The notes below the pieces were generated by a model that saw only the letters and a program-made list of their open reading frames with translations, was not told the DNA's origin and made no database searches. A stretch of DNA of 62,155 nt, counting the filler, from Hausera hauseri (lineage: Eukaryota): NCBI GenBank assembly GCA_046269625.1. It is 12 parts of 12 records of this genome, joined end to end, with 100 filler letters (N's around TTAATTAATTAA, not from the genome) between each part and the next. Parts side by side here need not be neighbours in the genome. Positions count along the whole stretch, not along the records: positions 1 to 5,309 come from JBJURY010283838.1; positions 5,410 to 9,912 come from JBJURY010551340.1; positions 10,013 to 14,968 come from JBJURY010379702.1; 9 more parts are not named here. The stretch is one strand, 5' to 3'. Each line of letters starts with the position of its first letter. The first letter of the stretch is position 1. This document shows, piece by piece, positions 1-13,460 of this stretch. The position numbers were made by a program, and so were the translations under genes.

Positions 1-3
1 ACG

Positions 4-1290
4 ATGCCTAGATATGTGTCGATTAATCCCACTTATTGTCGAGATGCAGCTGAAACTCAACAACTGAAATATGGAGACATATTACTAACAGCAATTAAAG
101 GCCAAATTTCTCAGCAAGAGAAATGGATAGCCGGACATAAGGATGAAAAAGGTAATTGCAAAGGTGGAAGTTTTGATACTGGCAAAGGTGTTATTTCAGG
201 AGTAGTAGTGCACGACCAATATGAAGTCGAAATCAAAGAAAATACCTTTATCTTCGAAACAAGTACGAATACAATGATGGATGCATTTTTCTGCAGATTA
301 GAAATTGGACATTGTCGCACAAAGTCATCTACTATAGTATGGACAGCGCCCAAGAGCTATAAATGCTCATTGGTACAGATTCGAAAAGGCGAATTTAATG
401 GAACGACAGGAAAACGTTACGCTCGACACTATGAAACAAACTTTAAAAATACAAACAGTCAAGCGATTTCGGAAGTGAGAACCCCTAAAATTATAATATC
501 CATAGATATAAAAGGAGGAGTTAAATTTATACAACATGACGTGATCGTTAAATGTGGACAACAAGTGCACAGTACAAACTATGAAAATTATTTCATATCG
601 GAAAAAGAGATTGCACAGGCAGATAATTCGCCAGTTAACAAAGCACAATTAGTGAACATTGCTGACTACATCGCTAACCGAGATGATTTCCTATTTTATC
701 TCACCCACAAAACGATAGAAAAAATATATTCTGAGACAATACAGAACTTTTGTAAAATCAATTTTGAAACATTGCGAAATCGATTGGCCATTTACGCTTC
801 AAATCCAGAGATGATAACAATAACATTGCCATTTGGCAAAGGAATCCAAGGCAGAGTCCTAGGAGAAGTGTTATTCACCTACAAATGCAAGAGATTGGAC
901 TTACCATTAATCACTGGTACCTCTTGCTACTCAGAAATACGATTTAAGTATGAAGATGAAATTCGATATATTCATTCTATAACTAGAGTATTACTGGCAC
1001 CACACACAATTCCGACGGAAATTGGGATCGATTGTGGACGCCCGATGCCTATACAAAAATAGTTTCCAGTTTATGGCACAAAATGTGGGGTGGATTTTTA
1101 AAATTTGGACAAGTAGCTTCCGGATTTCTGGCTGTTTACTATATCCTGCAAACTTTGAAAGTCTCAATTCAGTATTAAATGCTTACGAAATTTACAATCT
1201 GACAGGATTATCCTTGCGCATAATTGGTGCTCTATTTTCTCTTGGCAAATTTATTAAAGCTTATCATGAAAAGCAATGGCGAGGTAAGTT
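4..1290 (+). pseudogene. env: Chuvirus-like / herpes gB-type (class III) envelope glycoprotein, 5'-truncated, with a frameshift or deletion near 1060
   Basis: Cys pattern and motifs CKGGSF..VVVHDQYEV, CRLEIGHC..TIVWT, KCGQQVHSTNYENYFI, helical NIADYIANRDDFLF..CKINFETLRNRL, GRVLGEVLFTYKC..CYSEI..RYIHSITRVL..IDC match my recollection of chuvirus-type G. A hydrophobic stretch (LTGLSLRIIGALFSLG) lies in ORF 1022..1744. Confidence 0.75.
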
Positions 1291-2029
1291 AGTGAAATAT
1301 GTGGATTATAAGAAAGGCAATTCGATATTGGAAGATACCTCATCAAGTTCAGACTATGGTGTTGACGCACTTGGGCATTACTCAAAACCGAATATTTATA
1401 AGGGAAAGAACTGGAAAATCCGAAAAATTTTCACAATAAAGAAAATAAAACTAAAGAGCAATCGTATAGTACCAGAAGCTCCGTATGAAAATAAAACACG
1501 TTCGATTGACGAACAAACAATTCACAAACTACTAAAGTTATCTGACCTGAATGATCATTATGCTAAAAGAGAAGAGTACATACAGATACTCAGTATTCAT
1601 AAATGTTCGCAGGAAGAAATACTTCAATCTATTATTACTCAAAGTATGGAAAAGAATAGAGTATCACTACCAATCTCTCCCAAATTAAAAACTGCCACCT
1701 ATACCTCATCATCGAGTAAAACTAAATCGACCAACCAACGATAAGGATATCGAACAACCAAACGGACGGACAAATTATTTGATTTTAACAATGCCACCTG
1801 GTAACCTACAACAAAACTCTGCTGAACGTGCAAGTTATTACCCGGATTTAACTGAATTCAAACAACGAATGAAAGAGCCAACAAATGACGCACGATCTTT
1901 AGATAGCTCAACGGTCATATCAAAAGGATCACCAAGTTATTGTTCAGCAAGTTATACTTTAATGGAGCCACATATAGATGATCACAATGACATCCTGACT
2001 TTCCTTGAGTTAATAAGAGATGATCGACC

Positions 2030-5000
2030 TCATACGACAGTTCACTTCGGTATATTCGATATAAATGCAATGGTAGACACAGGAGATAGCGTTTCATTAA
2101 TAGCAAAACATGCGATACCAGACGAATATCAGTCACAAATAAAATTGGCCCCGAAAGAAAGTACCGGTACGACTTCAGCTTTTCAGCAGTGTTTAAAACC
2201 ATATGGGTATTGGAAATTCGAACCTATAATTTGTGGTAAAAAATAAGTGACTTTAGATGTAATGACAACTTTAGATCCTCGATGTATTTTAGGAATGAAT
2301 GTATTAAGAAATTTGGAAGGATTTCACAAACTTGCAGTCAGGATAGCTTTGTCCAAATACTGAGGTTATTCCGGATAAATACGATAGAACAGACATTTGG
2401 ATAGGACATGGCAAAAATACCACCTAATTTTAGGAAGGTTATACATGCTAAAATAATATTTTCAGATAATAAAATAATTGAATTCATACCACGGATATTT
2501 CAAAATGTATCATTATTGCCAAACTATTGTGTTTTCGTAACTGGAGGAACAATTCCCATTGAAGTTTTGAATTTATATCCTAAGTACTTTACAATATTTG
2601 CAAGAATGAAATTAGGCCAAGCATATGAAACTATCTGCCAACCTGAATATGATAGTAAAATCGTAGCAATCACTTAAGATAAGGAAACTAAAGTAGATGA
2701 TATATTCGATGTTGTCCTCACTAAAACAGAAAAATCTATCTGCTGAATACCTTGAGAACTTTTCAGACCTCATCCTTGAGTACATTGACATATTTGCCAA
2801 AAACGAAACAGATTGGACGAACTGACTTAGTCGAGTTCAAATTAGCATTTATGATGGATCCTCAAACTGGAAAGGAAATAGACTTACTGCGACAACCGAT
2901 ACCAAAATGGTACCTACCTCCAAAAGCACTCCAAAAGAAAGTTGAGTAGCAAATACAAGCCATGCTGGAAAAGGCATAATTGAACCTAGTCAATCACCAT
3001 GGCCGTCGCCTGTAGTTATGGCAAAGAAAGCCAATATCACGAAATACCGTTTATGCGTAAATTACGTTACGTTGAACAAATATTTGGCGAATCATGCTTA
3101 TCCAATATCACGAATAAGAGATTGATTAGTTGAAAAGTTGTAAATACTTCACCACATTGGATCTGCAAAGTGGATTTTGGCAGATTCCGATTTCCGAAAA
3201 AGATCGTTGGAAGACTGCATTCAAAACACATGCAGGCGTTTATCAATTTACACGTATGCCATTCTGATTAAAAATGGCACCTACATTTTTCCAGGAATTT
3301 ATCAGATTAGTTTTGAAAGGAGTACGTGGACTATCGTACATAGACGATATTTTAATTGCGTTAAAAACGTTCGGCACACTTAGTCGAATTACGAGAAGTA
3401 TTCGATCGAATCAGATTGGCTAAATTAAAACTAAATCCAAGTTTGAATGGTGTAAAACGGAAGTTAGATATCTTTGATTTGTTGTCTCAAATCTATGCAT
3501 ATCTACCAGTTTAGATTTAATATCTAAAATCTTCGAATATCCCCCATCAACCAACGTACATGAGATGCGATCCTGGTTAGGATTAGGAGGATTCTGCTAC
3601 ATTTATTGAAAACTTAGCGGAAATTAATTAACCTCAATACAAATTACTTACAAAGGATCAAAAGTGGGAATGGACGGAAGGAAATCAAGAAGCATTTGAC
3701 GAAATAAAAAGACTCTTAGTATCAGCATCCATACTACGATATTCGGATTTTCACTTCCATTTATCTTGAAAACCGACGCCAGTATTAAAGATATTAGTTA
3801 CATTTTGGCACAACAGTGTACAGAAGAGACAACTGAAGATGTGATTGCATATGGAGGCCGAAGTTTAAATAATGCCGAAAGGAAATATTCTACGACGGAA
3901 TTAGAATTATTAGCAATACGTGATGAATTACGACATGATTATTACGTCTATGGTCATAAAATTATAATATTCACGGATCACAAAGCACTACTCTGCCCTC
4001 AGACAATAGACATGTATCAAGTCGACTCGAAAGATGGAAATTAGAACTTGAATTATGACATTGAATATCGATATCGACTAGGAAAAGATAATGGAGGCGC
4101 ATATGCAATCTCTAGATTACCTTATGAAAATATAGTTGCTGAAGTTCATAAACCACAAAGCCGAGAAGATAGAGTTAAATGAGAAAATTATTAATCACAT
4201 TTTACAGGAACAGAGACAAATTCAGGTTCAAAATATTGAAAACTTACAAAACCAAGATCCATTTATTGTCCAAGTAAAAAGTTAATAAACGGACATACGG
4301 ACGTTTTAGCATCAAGTCCTATTCAGAAATTTTACGGACAACATAAGGAACAATTAGATATTGAAAGTGGAATATTAAAACTTAAAGTTGGCGAAAGAAA
4401 GTTAATTATTGTACCGAATTCGGCAATGAAAGCAGTTATGCTTCAAGAACATGATTCCCATTTAGCGGGTCACCCGTCGTTAAACAACACTTTGAAACGC
4501 ACTGCTACAAAATATTGGCCTCAAATGAATAAACATATTGAAGGATGGGTATGTTCTTTTAAAATGTGCGCTACCCGTAAGGATAGAGGATTCCTTTTCT
4601 TAGGAAGTGTTCCCGAAGCACAACTTATGGAAGTGTGTTCGATAGACATTTGTGGACCGTTTCCGGCATCTGAATCAAGATATAAATACATTTTGTCAGT
4701 TGTTGATTACTATTCAAGATATGTTGTTCTAATACCTTTGAAAATTATGACTAATCATACGGTAACCGAAGCATTCTTTTATGATGTTATGGCCGTACTA
4801 GGCACACCGAAACAGTTATTGACTGCTCGCGCACCTTATTAGTGAATTCTTCGAAAAATTATCAAAGGTATTCCAGTTAAACATCTATTAACAACATCCT
4901 ACCATCTGCAATGTAATGGCATGGTCGAACGAATGAACCGAATCATTCAAGGTATCCTATCAAGAGTTGCACATGACCAAAAAGACTGGCACCTACATCA

Positions 5001-5309
5001 TAAAACCACAGCCTTCGCAATTAATACTACTCTTACCAAAGGTACTAACCATTCACCACTCGAACTTATGTTTGGCCGATTACCGCTTCTACCATTGGAT
5101 ACAAAATTGTTGCCAGCTTCGCTGAAAACAAGTGATCATATGGATAAACAATACCAAAGTTTGTTAACAAGAATTAAAAATTTCCAAAAGGAAGCCAGAG
5201 TTTGAAGAGAAATATAAAGCTGGTTATAAGAAACGATGTAACAAAAAATCTCGTCCACATAAGTATAAAATTGGTGATTATGTTATGATACATTATCCTG
5301 CCGTTAATA
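2030..5309 (+). pseudogene. pol: Ty3/Gypsy pol: aspartic protease, RT, RNase H, integrase (fragmented)
   Basis: AMVDTG at 2076; SPWPSPVV, LDLQSGFWQIP, KTAF, YIDD at 3337; KTDAS..YSTTELELLAI..TDHKAL; HDSHLAGH..W..CATRK; IDICGPFP, VDYYSRY, NGMVERMNR. Confidence 0.95.
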
Positions 5310-5409
5310 NNNNNNNNNNNNNNNNNNNNNNNNNNNNNNNNNNNNNNNNNNNNTTAATTAATTAANNNNNNNNNNNNNNNNNNNNNNNNNNNNNNNNNNN
5401 NNNNNNNNN
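5310..5409. other. Artificial contig spacer (N44-TTAATTAATTAA-N44). It recurs at 9913, 14969, 21968, 27117, 31977, 37295, 43661, 48513, 52571 and 57083
   Basis: Identical 100-nt N-padded six-frame-stop linker present 11 times. Confidence 0.99.
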
Positions 5410-8400
5410 ACGGCAGCCAACATTTTGAACATGTAATGAGACACTGGATATTGGAAAACTTAAAACAACGGGCAAGATGGAGGGCGGCGGGGGAGAGGGT
5501 CGGAGAAAGGTGGAGAAAATTATATATGATTTACAATATGGAGTGGACAAAAACCATGAAAATGTTTGATATCAAGAGATAGGGAAATGTGGAGAAACAT
5601 GTCGCATCGCTATTAGGCAATGGACTTGAACTGCACAAAACAGATTGCATCCCAATGCAATATGACTTCCTCTGTTTGTAGTTGTGTGGATTCTGGAAGG
5701 TAGTTGTGTTGACTCCGGTAGGTAGTTGTGGATGAGGGGAGGGGGGGTCACTTTTAAATCATAAGATACAAAATAGATACTGCTTTTCCTCAGGAGGAAC
5801 ATGTGTGCACGTAGTCCAACTTCAATTTAGTTTCAGCAGGTTCTCCTCCCAGTTACCCCCTTTCTTAACACGTGGGTTTGGGAACAACCAAATTAGGTCA
5901 GTGCTAAGAGGGCATCGCTAGAAGTAGAATGAGTGCATGAAACAAACAGGCATGTCACGGCTTGTACATGTACAGACATGGAGTCACATAACCTAACATC
6001 ACAGCTTTCAACACCAACATTATCTGCCAGTAACACTCTCACTTTCCTCGCGGCCTATGTCAGAAACGCCATGATAATGCGCAGAAAGCATGATTTTATC
6101 CATCCACTCACAATCCCCTCTCCTCTCCATATTAACCTTGCCATATATACGATGTTTACATTAACAAGCAATGCCGTATACACAATGTTTACATTACGCG
6201 GATGATTCTCCAGATATATAAAGTAGCCTGCAGGGGGGAAAAAACGTATAACAGCTGGCGTATTTCTTCATCTAGGCCAAATTTCCTGATATTCCTTGCC
6301 GGAAAAGATTGCCCCCTTACGCTCTGCACTAAGGATCTACCTTTCGTGGCGCCAGTGTCAGTCTCGGGTTTTTAATTTTCCTGGTTATCGATACGTAGGA
6401 AATGAGTATCACTAGTTTTAATTATTTTAGTTCACTTTAAGGAATATCATCTTTGCACACGGATATACATCCATAAGTTCTCCGTTCTCCATTCTTGAGG
6501 ATCTTGGGTCAGTCGCGAATTCCGGTGCACTGTTGTGGACCTTGTAGGTATGGGTAGAATTTTCCTCGAATTTTACCCGAGCAGCGACTGTTAGGGCTAC
6601 TCTTTTTTTATTCCCAAGTGCCGAGAGATGTCTTTAACGTGCGCGATAATGAACACGGACATCCGATCTGACTACCCAGGGGTCTGGGGAATTTTTTTAC
6701 TAGAAGTTCCATGAGACGAAGAAATCCCAACTGGTTGCGTTGAGATTTGAACTCTTCATGTATAATCCGAGTGAAGATAGATGCTTCTTTTTGGACTGGC
6801 TGTACTGAAAGTAACGTTTACCTAGGACGTGCCACATGATGATGATGTAAGTATGAAGTTGTGAATCAGCATCAAAGCACACAATTAGCCTATAAATGTC
6901 CTTCTGTGCAAGTGGCAGCTGGCCATAAACACCCAGCTAGTGTCTCTCTCAGCACCTCCTCCGCAACGAAAGTATCATTCTATTTTCAAGTTTCTAATAC
7001 GGTATTTCTTATGAATGAGCAGCAATGAGATTATGGACAGATGTGGTCGACACAAAAAATAAGGTTTTAAACGAAACCCGGGAGTGATTACTTCCACATA
7101 ATAGGTGACTGCAAGATCCAGCACTCAAGGCTGTAACTGTGGCTTTAGTGTCATTATGTTATGTATGTTTTATATCACATTATTCTCCATCTCTCTTACA
7201 AATATGTTCGTCCAATCACTTTTTGACGATCAAAGTTCGCGAGAGAAACCTCAGACGCCAACAGTCTGTACAGGACCAAGGAACAGTAATGCCTTTATAA
7301 TGAGGGCTTTACAAAGTAAAAAGTACTTAAATTAAATAAAAGCGGATATCAAACTAGCAAATCTATAGCTTATTTTCACGTTTCGGTGACTGCTAAGTAC
7401 GTTAGCATAAGCTAGAAGTAGGCTTAGTAGATTGCCTGCCCTTGTGTCCGAACTGAAGAAAGAATGGGCCGTTCCCCAACTCGGAAAAACCGGTCGCTGT
7501 AGAGTTATCTATAACGAAATCTCGAAGACCAAACGTGATTCACCTTGAGAGAATATGTTCTGTCCTTCTGGTCTGTCTGCTTTATCATTGCCATCGGGAG
7601 AATAGGGCAGAAAACTCTGATGAGTTTATCTGTAGGGTCGTGCTGGTAGGTGAACAGGAAGATTAAAAGGTATTCCGTTTGAGTGGTTAGGGTCAGTAGC
7701 CATGAAATCTTTCTAGCGGCACCGACGATGGTTTAGTTACTCTTTATTGGCGTTTGTTTTAGCCGTGTCCAAGTTAGTTGGTTGGTCAGTTGGTTAGTTA
7801 ATTAGCTATTCAGTCAGTTAGTAAGAAAGCGAAGTGTCATCATCAGTGCACTCTGGATTCCTCCATAGGTGCTCCGATTTCTGGCCCAACAGAAGTCCCT
7901 GCGTATTCCTGTTAACCACTCTACTTCTTATGCAAGCTCCATGAACCTGTTCATAGAGGAGGTGACGTTTAACTCCTGAGTGCGACCCACAACCCTTAGG
8001 GTTTCAGTGATGTCCGAGCGATCCATTGCTCCTCCCTGTGAAAGTATCGCTTTTCTTGTCAGAGCATAGGCACCTTACCTGTCACACCTGCGTGTAGCCT
8101 TGTCCCAACAAATCCGATGAATTTGTACAATCTTTACGGACCGTGATGGGCAGATTACTTGGGTGGTGATGATGATGATGATAACTGGGGCAAAAGTGCA
8201 TATTTGAGAAGAATGGCGGAGTTGTGTGCTATTATATGATGGCAGTAAGCTCATACTCTCATAAAAAGCAAGAAAGATGTGTAATCAGGGCTGAGTAGCC
8301 GCTGCACAACGCCTTTGACTCCAAAATTCAACTGCTTCATTTCTGATGTTTCCGATTCAGGAATATGACGCGAGGCGTTTATATTGGGATGTTTAGAATG

Positions 8401-9499
8401 ACGTGATGCTACTTCTAGTAGCAAAAAACGCAACACTTTTAATATGAGTAGACAGGCATTCATTACTAACAGCCAGTGTAACCCCGGTTTACGAACCTGT
8501 AATGTATAAGGGCAGATGTGTCTTTCTATTGAACTGCACTGTGATTTCTACTAAATTCAGTGGGTCTTACGATTTGATATCTAGAGTTTTCAACTTGTAT
8601 AGTGACATTGCTAAATTTTATTATTACCGAGTAAAGTTTTGAAAGATTCGTTTGTAAATGCTGACGTAATCTTTGCATTCGTTAAGGCAACCTTTCATTA
8701 AGAAGGCTGGTGAGCTCTGTGCTCCACGTTAGAAACCCGCTACACCCTGCCAGCTACTTCGCACAATGTCAGGATTATCGAGTGTTTTTGCCTTTCAGAT
8801 TGTTTGAGCGATCAGTGGCGCCAAGTCGGGACCATACATTTTATACTAACATATGAGATGAAATACTGAACAATTTCACGAAATATGCCTCGACGGGCCA
8901 CATCTAGTCCGCGGTTCGCGCTTTGATTGCTGCCCTTAAACTTAGTAGTAGACATGAGTCATCGAAAAGATCCTGATCCATGGAACCTGCTTCAGGATGC
9001 GAGAGCCATGTCTCGGATTCCCACAGTTATAGATAATAACACCTTTCTCCGTCATAGATTAGGTAACCTGTCTGTGTTCACAGACTTTTACAGAAGTACG
9101 CAGACATTTTAAAATAGCGCTCACATCCATTCGGTGTTTGCAATTATTTGCTGTAATGCGCACCCAAGAACGTGCCTGCATCGTTCAAAAGCTGCCCAGG
9201 TACATGACCGATGTGAGCATGCATGAACAATATTAGAGCATTGGTCCCGTGGACTGGGCGCTCCCGCTTACGAACAGACATGGCTGCTCCTAGCATTCGG
9301 ACCGCCGGGGCTTTTGCCTGTCTGATCGTACTGATGACCGTCGTCCCGTTCTTATTATTTAACAGGTTTAGATGGTTTAGAAAAGTTTAGACTGTCGAAG
9401 ACCTATGCACGAGACCAAGTTGCTACTCTGGCGCAATCAGTCAATCGAGTAACACATTGCCGGTCTATTTAGTAGTCGCTCTGTGATCCGAACTACTGT

Positions 9500-9705
9500 T
9501 CTGGAACTCCGTGCCTCTGGAGTCGGACACAAAACTTTCGACTCCTGTTCTGATTTATTGACTTCTTGGACTCCGACACCGGCTCTGCAGTGCCGATAGA
9601 AAAAACTGTCGACTCCAACTCCATTATTTCGGATGCATCGACTCTGACTTCGACTTCGCTACCCAGAGATTGTACGGATTCCTCGACCCCGTCTCTTCAG
9701 CCCTG
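9500..9705. repeat. Degenerate cluster of (C)GACTCC motifs, probably a decayed small interspersed element
   Basis: Repeated gactcc/gactct/gacttc and ggagtcgg, ending in cagccctg. Confidence 0.35.
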
Positions 9706-10684
9706 TCTGACAAAACGCTGAAAACCGAGCAGGACAAACAAATGCTGGTTCTTGATTTGCTATTTGAGTCATGTAAGGAAAACAATCACCAAGTTAACCG
9801 GACATAGTTAGTGGCCCTGTCCCATTACACCTCGAATCAGGTAAGCTGACCAACCGAAAAACAGAAGGCAACGTGCTACCTCAGATTGACACATGTGAAA
9901 TTTATGAAGAGTNNNNNNNNNNNNNNNNNNNNNNNNNNNNNNNNNNNNNNNNNNNNTTAATTAATTAANNNNNNNNNNNNNNNNNNNNNNNNNNNNNNNN
10001 NNNNNNNNNNNNTTCCATATCAATATATATTTGTTTATATAATTGACATTATTCAAACAAATTATCCAATATTTTCTAACTATATCAAATTTTACTAAGT
10101 CCATTAATATATCAAAAACTGTACCTGTCTACTTCATGTCAACATACGGATTTATCCAGTATTATTGAATCCATGACAACGCACAAATACATAGAAACAA
10201 TATGGCCGACAAGAGGATTGTTTAAACATTATTTAAAACAACCCAATAATTGTTAAGCCGTCATTAATCGTAAAACTCATTATTATCTACTTATTATTAA
10301 AGAAATGAAAATCGGATGCAAAGGCAATAATTCTCCAAATTCTACCCCTTTTGAAGAATCTTCCGAATATAATAAACATAATTCACAAACTAGCAAACAG
10401 AATATTTTATTCACGATGAAAATCTTTAATAAAAAAACGACACAATTTAAAGAAAATATTTACTACTTTTCATTTATTAGATTGATTTTCCACTAAACAT
10501 CAACTCAAACGACTTGCCTCTACTAGGACAAGTACGTATAAAAATAAGATTCACTCTATTCTAAATTGAAGCATAACAAAAATCTCGGAAAAAATTGTCC
10601 AATATGACAAATCAATGAAAAAAAAATCATACCACAAATTTCCACTCATCGTCGAGACGAAAAACTGATATCACAATCATTTAC

Positions 10685-11176
10685 TACTAACATTCATTTA
10701 TTATTGAAATTTCTATCCACACACACACACACACACACAATCTATGACTCTTGTGCATTTTTAAACAAAGATTTTTGTTTAAATTTTTCGTAATTTTGGA
10801 GGCGAAACGCATTTTACAAAATCCATATAAAATTGCATGCCAAATATTTCATTCCTGAACATTTTTAACAGAATCTTCAAAAATAATTGCTAAGCTTTTA
10901 TATGTAAGTGTTTTTTACACTAAATATGTATCAAAAAATGGAAATATTCAGTGTCAAAACCACTTACAAATAAAAGCAATTATTTTTGAAGATTTTATAA
11001 ATGTTCAGGAATTGAATATTTGGCATGCAATTTCATCTCGATTTTGTAAATTGCGTTTCATCTCCAAAATTACGAAAAATTTAAAAAATCTTTGTTTAAA
11101 AATGCACATCATGTTGAAAGAGTCATAGATTGTGTTTGTGTGGATAAAAAATTTCAATAACAAATGAATGTTAGTA
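10685..11176. mobile_element. Fold-back/MITE-like palindrome with ~240-bp imperfect arms and a ~16-bp spacer, bounded by TA
   Basis: tactaacattcattt...ttacactaaatat is mirrored by atattcagtgtcaa...aaatgaatgttagta. Internal blocks (gcatgccaaatatt, ttcctgaacattt, tcttcaaaaataattgct) all have reverse-complement partners. Confidence 0.85.
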
Positions 11177-12569
11177 CTTTTTTCAATGGTTTGGATAATT
11201 GAAATTTATTCATTATTTCAGGTTTTACGAAGTTGTGTTTAATTCGCCCCATGGTGTAATCAAATGAGTGTACTTATTTTATATTCCTATTTCATTAAAA
11301 ATGATATTACGCAGATACACAAAACTATTCACAAACTTAAGCTTTTAATGCGAAATTCCTATTTATTGCAGTGTCTGTTACTATCATAAAATTTTGAAAT
11401 TGTGCTCAAATTTCGGCAGTTTCATTTATATAAATACGGTGGTTTGAAATTTGTCGATTACATTGTACATTATTCTCTTACGTAAATTTGCATATCTGAA
11501 ATACTGTCGTTTAACGAATTATATTTCCAAATTTCAATTTATATAGTTTTTGAATTTCACGGAATCAAAGTATTTCATATTTCACATGCTATATCTTCAA
11601 TTTTTCCTTTTTGCTTTTCAAATGTTTCAATATTGGGAATATGAATGATATTAAAGAAATGCAATGTTATTGAATACAAATACTGAATTTTATGATTTGT
11701 TGCTATGGAAGAGGACCTTTTACTTCATAACATACTCGTTTATTATTAATGTTCAATCAAACGTAAATATATTTTACTGGAAGTCAGAGCATAAGCAAAA
11801 GTTTTGAAGTATAGTCAAATAACCTAAAAATAACTACTATTTACCATTTTTTATGCAGTTGTTTTTTGTAATGTCATTTTTTTTGTTCAGATAATAAATT
11901 ACTATTTATTCGTCATAATCTGAGTAGCATGTATTATTGTTTCAGATTTGTTGGGCAAACAACGTATAGCGAATTTCATGGCAGATTATTAGTTTGCACA
12001 GTTGTTTTGTTAACACTAGAACGATCAAGACGTCAAAAGTGAACAAAATTTTTAACAGTGCTCTAGAGTAGTGGAAAAATGCCGGTCCTGGATCCGCCCC
12101 CAGGCAGCCAATACGAAACGCGCTTGATGCGCATACAGGTACTGGGTTAGTCAACTCGGCGACGGAGATTTGAAAAGTTACACCGGGAAAGGTGCGCGGT
12201 GCACCCCGGAAGCTGGGGAAGTGCATGAAAAAAGCGGATGTTAGAAGGAAATGATGCATGGTGACGTATGATGCATAGAAATGATGTGACACGGATGGCG
12301 CATCAAATGCCGAAGGAACGAAAATAGAAGGATGTGAGCACCGGCACAGACCCCGCAGGATCGATGATCAATGTTCAATAATCAATTTTTTTTATTTTTA
12401 AATTTTTGAACTTTTAAATTTAAATTTTTGAATTGTAAATTTTTGAATTTTTTTCAAAGTGCACTATTGATTTTTCGAAAGTGTGCAGCACTATTCGGCG
12501 AAAATTTTGAAAATTTTCAAAGATGACAAATGTGTATTTTTGAATTCTGTACACGATGGTTTTATTAGA

Positions 12570-13300
12570 AAAAAATTTTCGAAAAAAATTTTTCGAACTC
12601 GAATATCTTTTCACCGAGTTTTCGAATAATTTTGGTTGGAAGGACAAAAATATTCAGTTTTTCGAGCTCTATCGAATGGTGTAAATCACAAGTCTGTAAG
12701 ATGTAAGGAACCGAATACATAACGATTCGAATATTTCGAAAAAGTTTTTCAAAATAAAATATCTCGGCACCCATATGTCGTATTGAAGTGAGATCAAGTT
12801 TGTCAGATGGCGAAAAAAATTTTCTATCTTGGACATAAATTATTCAAATTTTTTTCGAACTCGATTTTTCGATTTACCGAGTTTTAGAATAATTTTGAGT
12901 TCTACATGAAAAATGTTCAATTTTTTGAGCTCTATCAAATGGTACAGATTATAAATCTGTACGACCTACCTGTTAGAATATGTACAATTTCAATATTTCG
13001 AAAAAAATTTCAAAATAAAATATCTCCGCAACCAAAAATAGTATTGACATGGGATAAAGTGGATTAGATGCAGAAAAAATTCTCTATCGACTACCCTTAA
13101 AATTGTTGATTTTCACTTTAAGATAAAAATCGATTTTCAGTGCTTAAAATATTCGAAATGCTATATCTCAGCCCCCAAACGTCATACTGACCTGCGATCA
13201 AGTTTGTCGGAACCAGAAAAATGCCTTCAATTAAATAAAATGAAAATTATCGATTTCCAATTTTTTCGAAAAAACTCGATTTTTCGAATATTTTTTTATT
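12570..13300. repeat. Diverged ~260-bp AT-rich tandem repeat (2 full units plus a partial one)
   Basis: ttttcgaactcga..ccgagtttt..gagctctatc(g/a)aatggt..aatatttcgaaaaa..aaaataaaatatctc recurs at ~12590 and ~12852; its 3' part recurs at ~13165. Confidence 0.75.
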
Positions 13301-13460
13301 TATTCATGTACCCCTAGTGAACAGCAGTTATTTAAGCCAAAAGTCAACCCAAAATGTTGTTTGCATGAAGAGGTATTCATGATTTTCTGTAATAACGTAA
13401 AAAATGCAATAAACTTTTATTTATGTACAAATAAATCAAAAATATGTACAAAGGAAATAT

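Larger units (their letters stand above)
1..5309 (+). mobile_element. Decayed Ty3/Gypsy LTR retroelement fragment ordered glycoprotein - PR - RT - RNaseH - IN (no LTR or gag visible in this contig)
   Basis: Collinear same-strand remnants of all pol domains preceded by a viral-type glycoprotein ORF; many stops and frameshifts. Confidence 0.9.

Noticed and set aside
5354-5365. Recurring TTAATTAATTAA as a biological repeat or piggyBac TTAA site
   Set aside because: It is always centred in N padding, so it is a synthetic linker. ORFs containing X runs are artefacts.
7616-7650. Hammerhead ribozyme core (CTGATGA)
   Set aside because: No correctly placed GAAA or supporting stems.
7900-7970. L1/Tx1-like GACIRSR motif on the minus strand
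   Set aside because: Too short, with no supporting endonuclease or RT motifs.
8816-8833. tRNA-Lys-like primer binding site TGGCGCCAAGTCGGGAC
   Set aside because: Only a partial match, with no LTR or gag recognisable around it.
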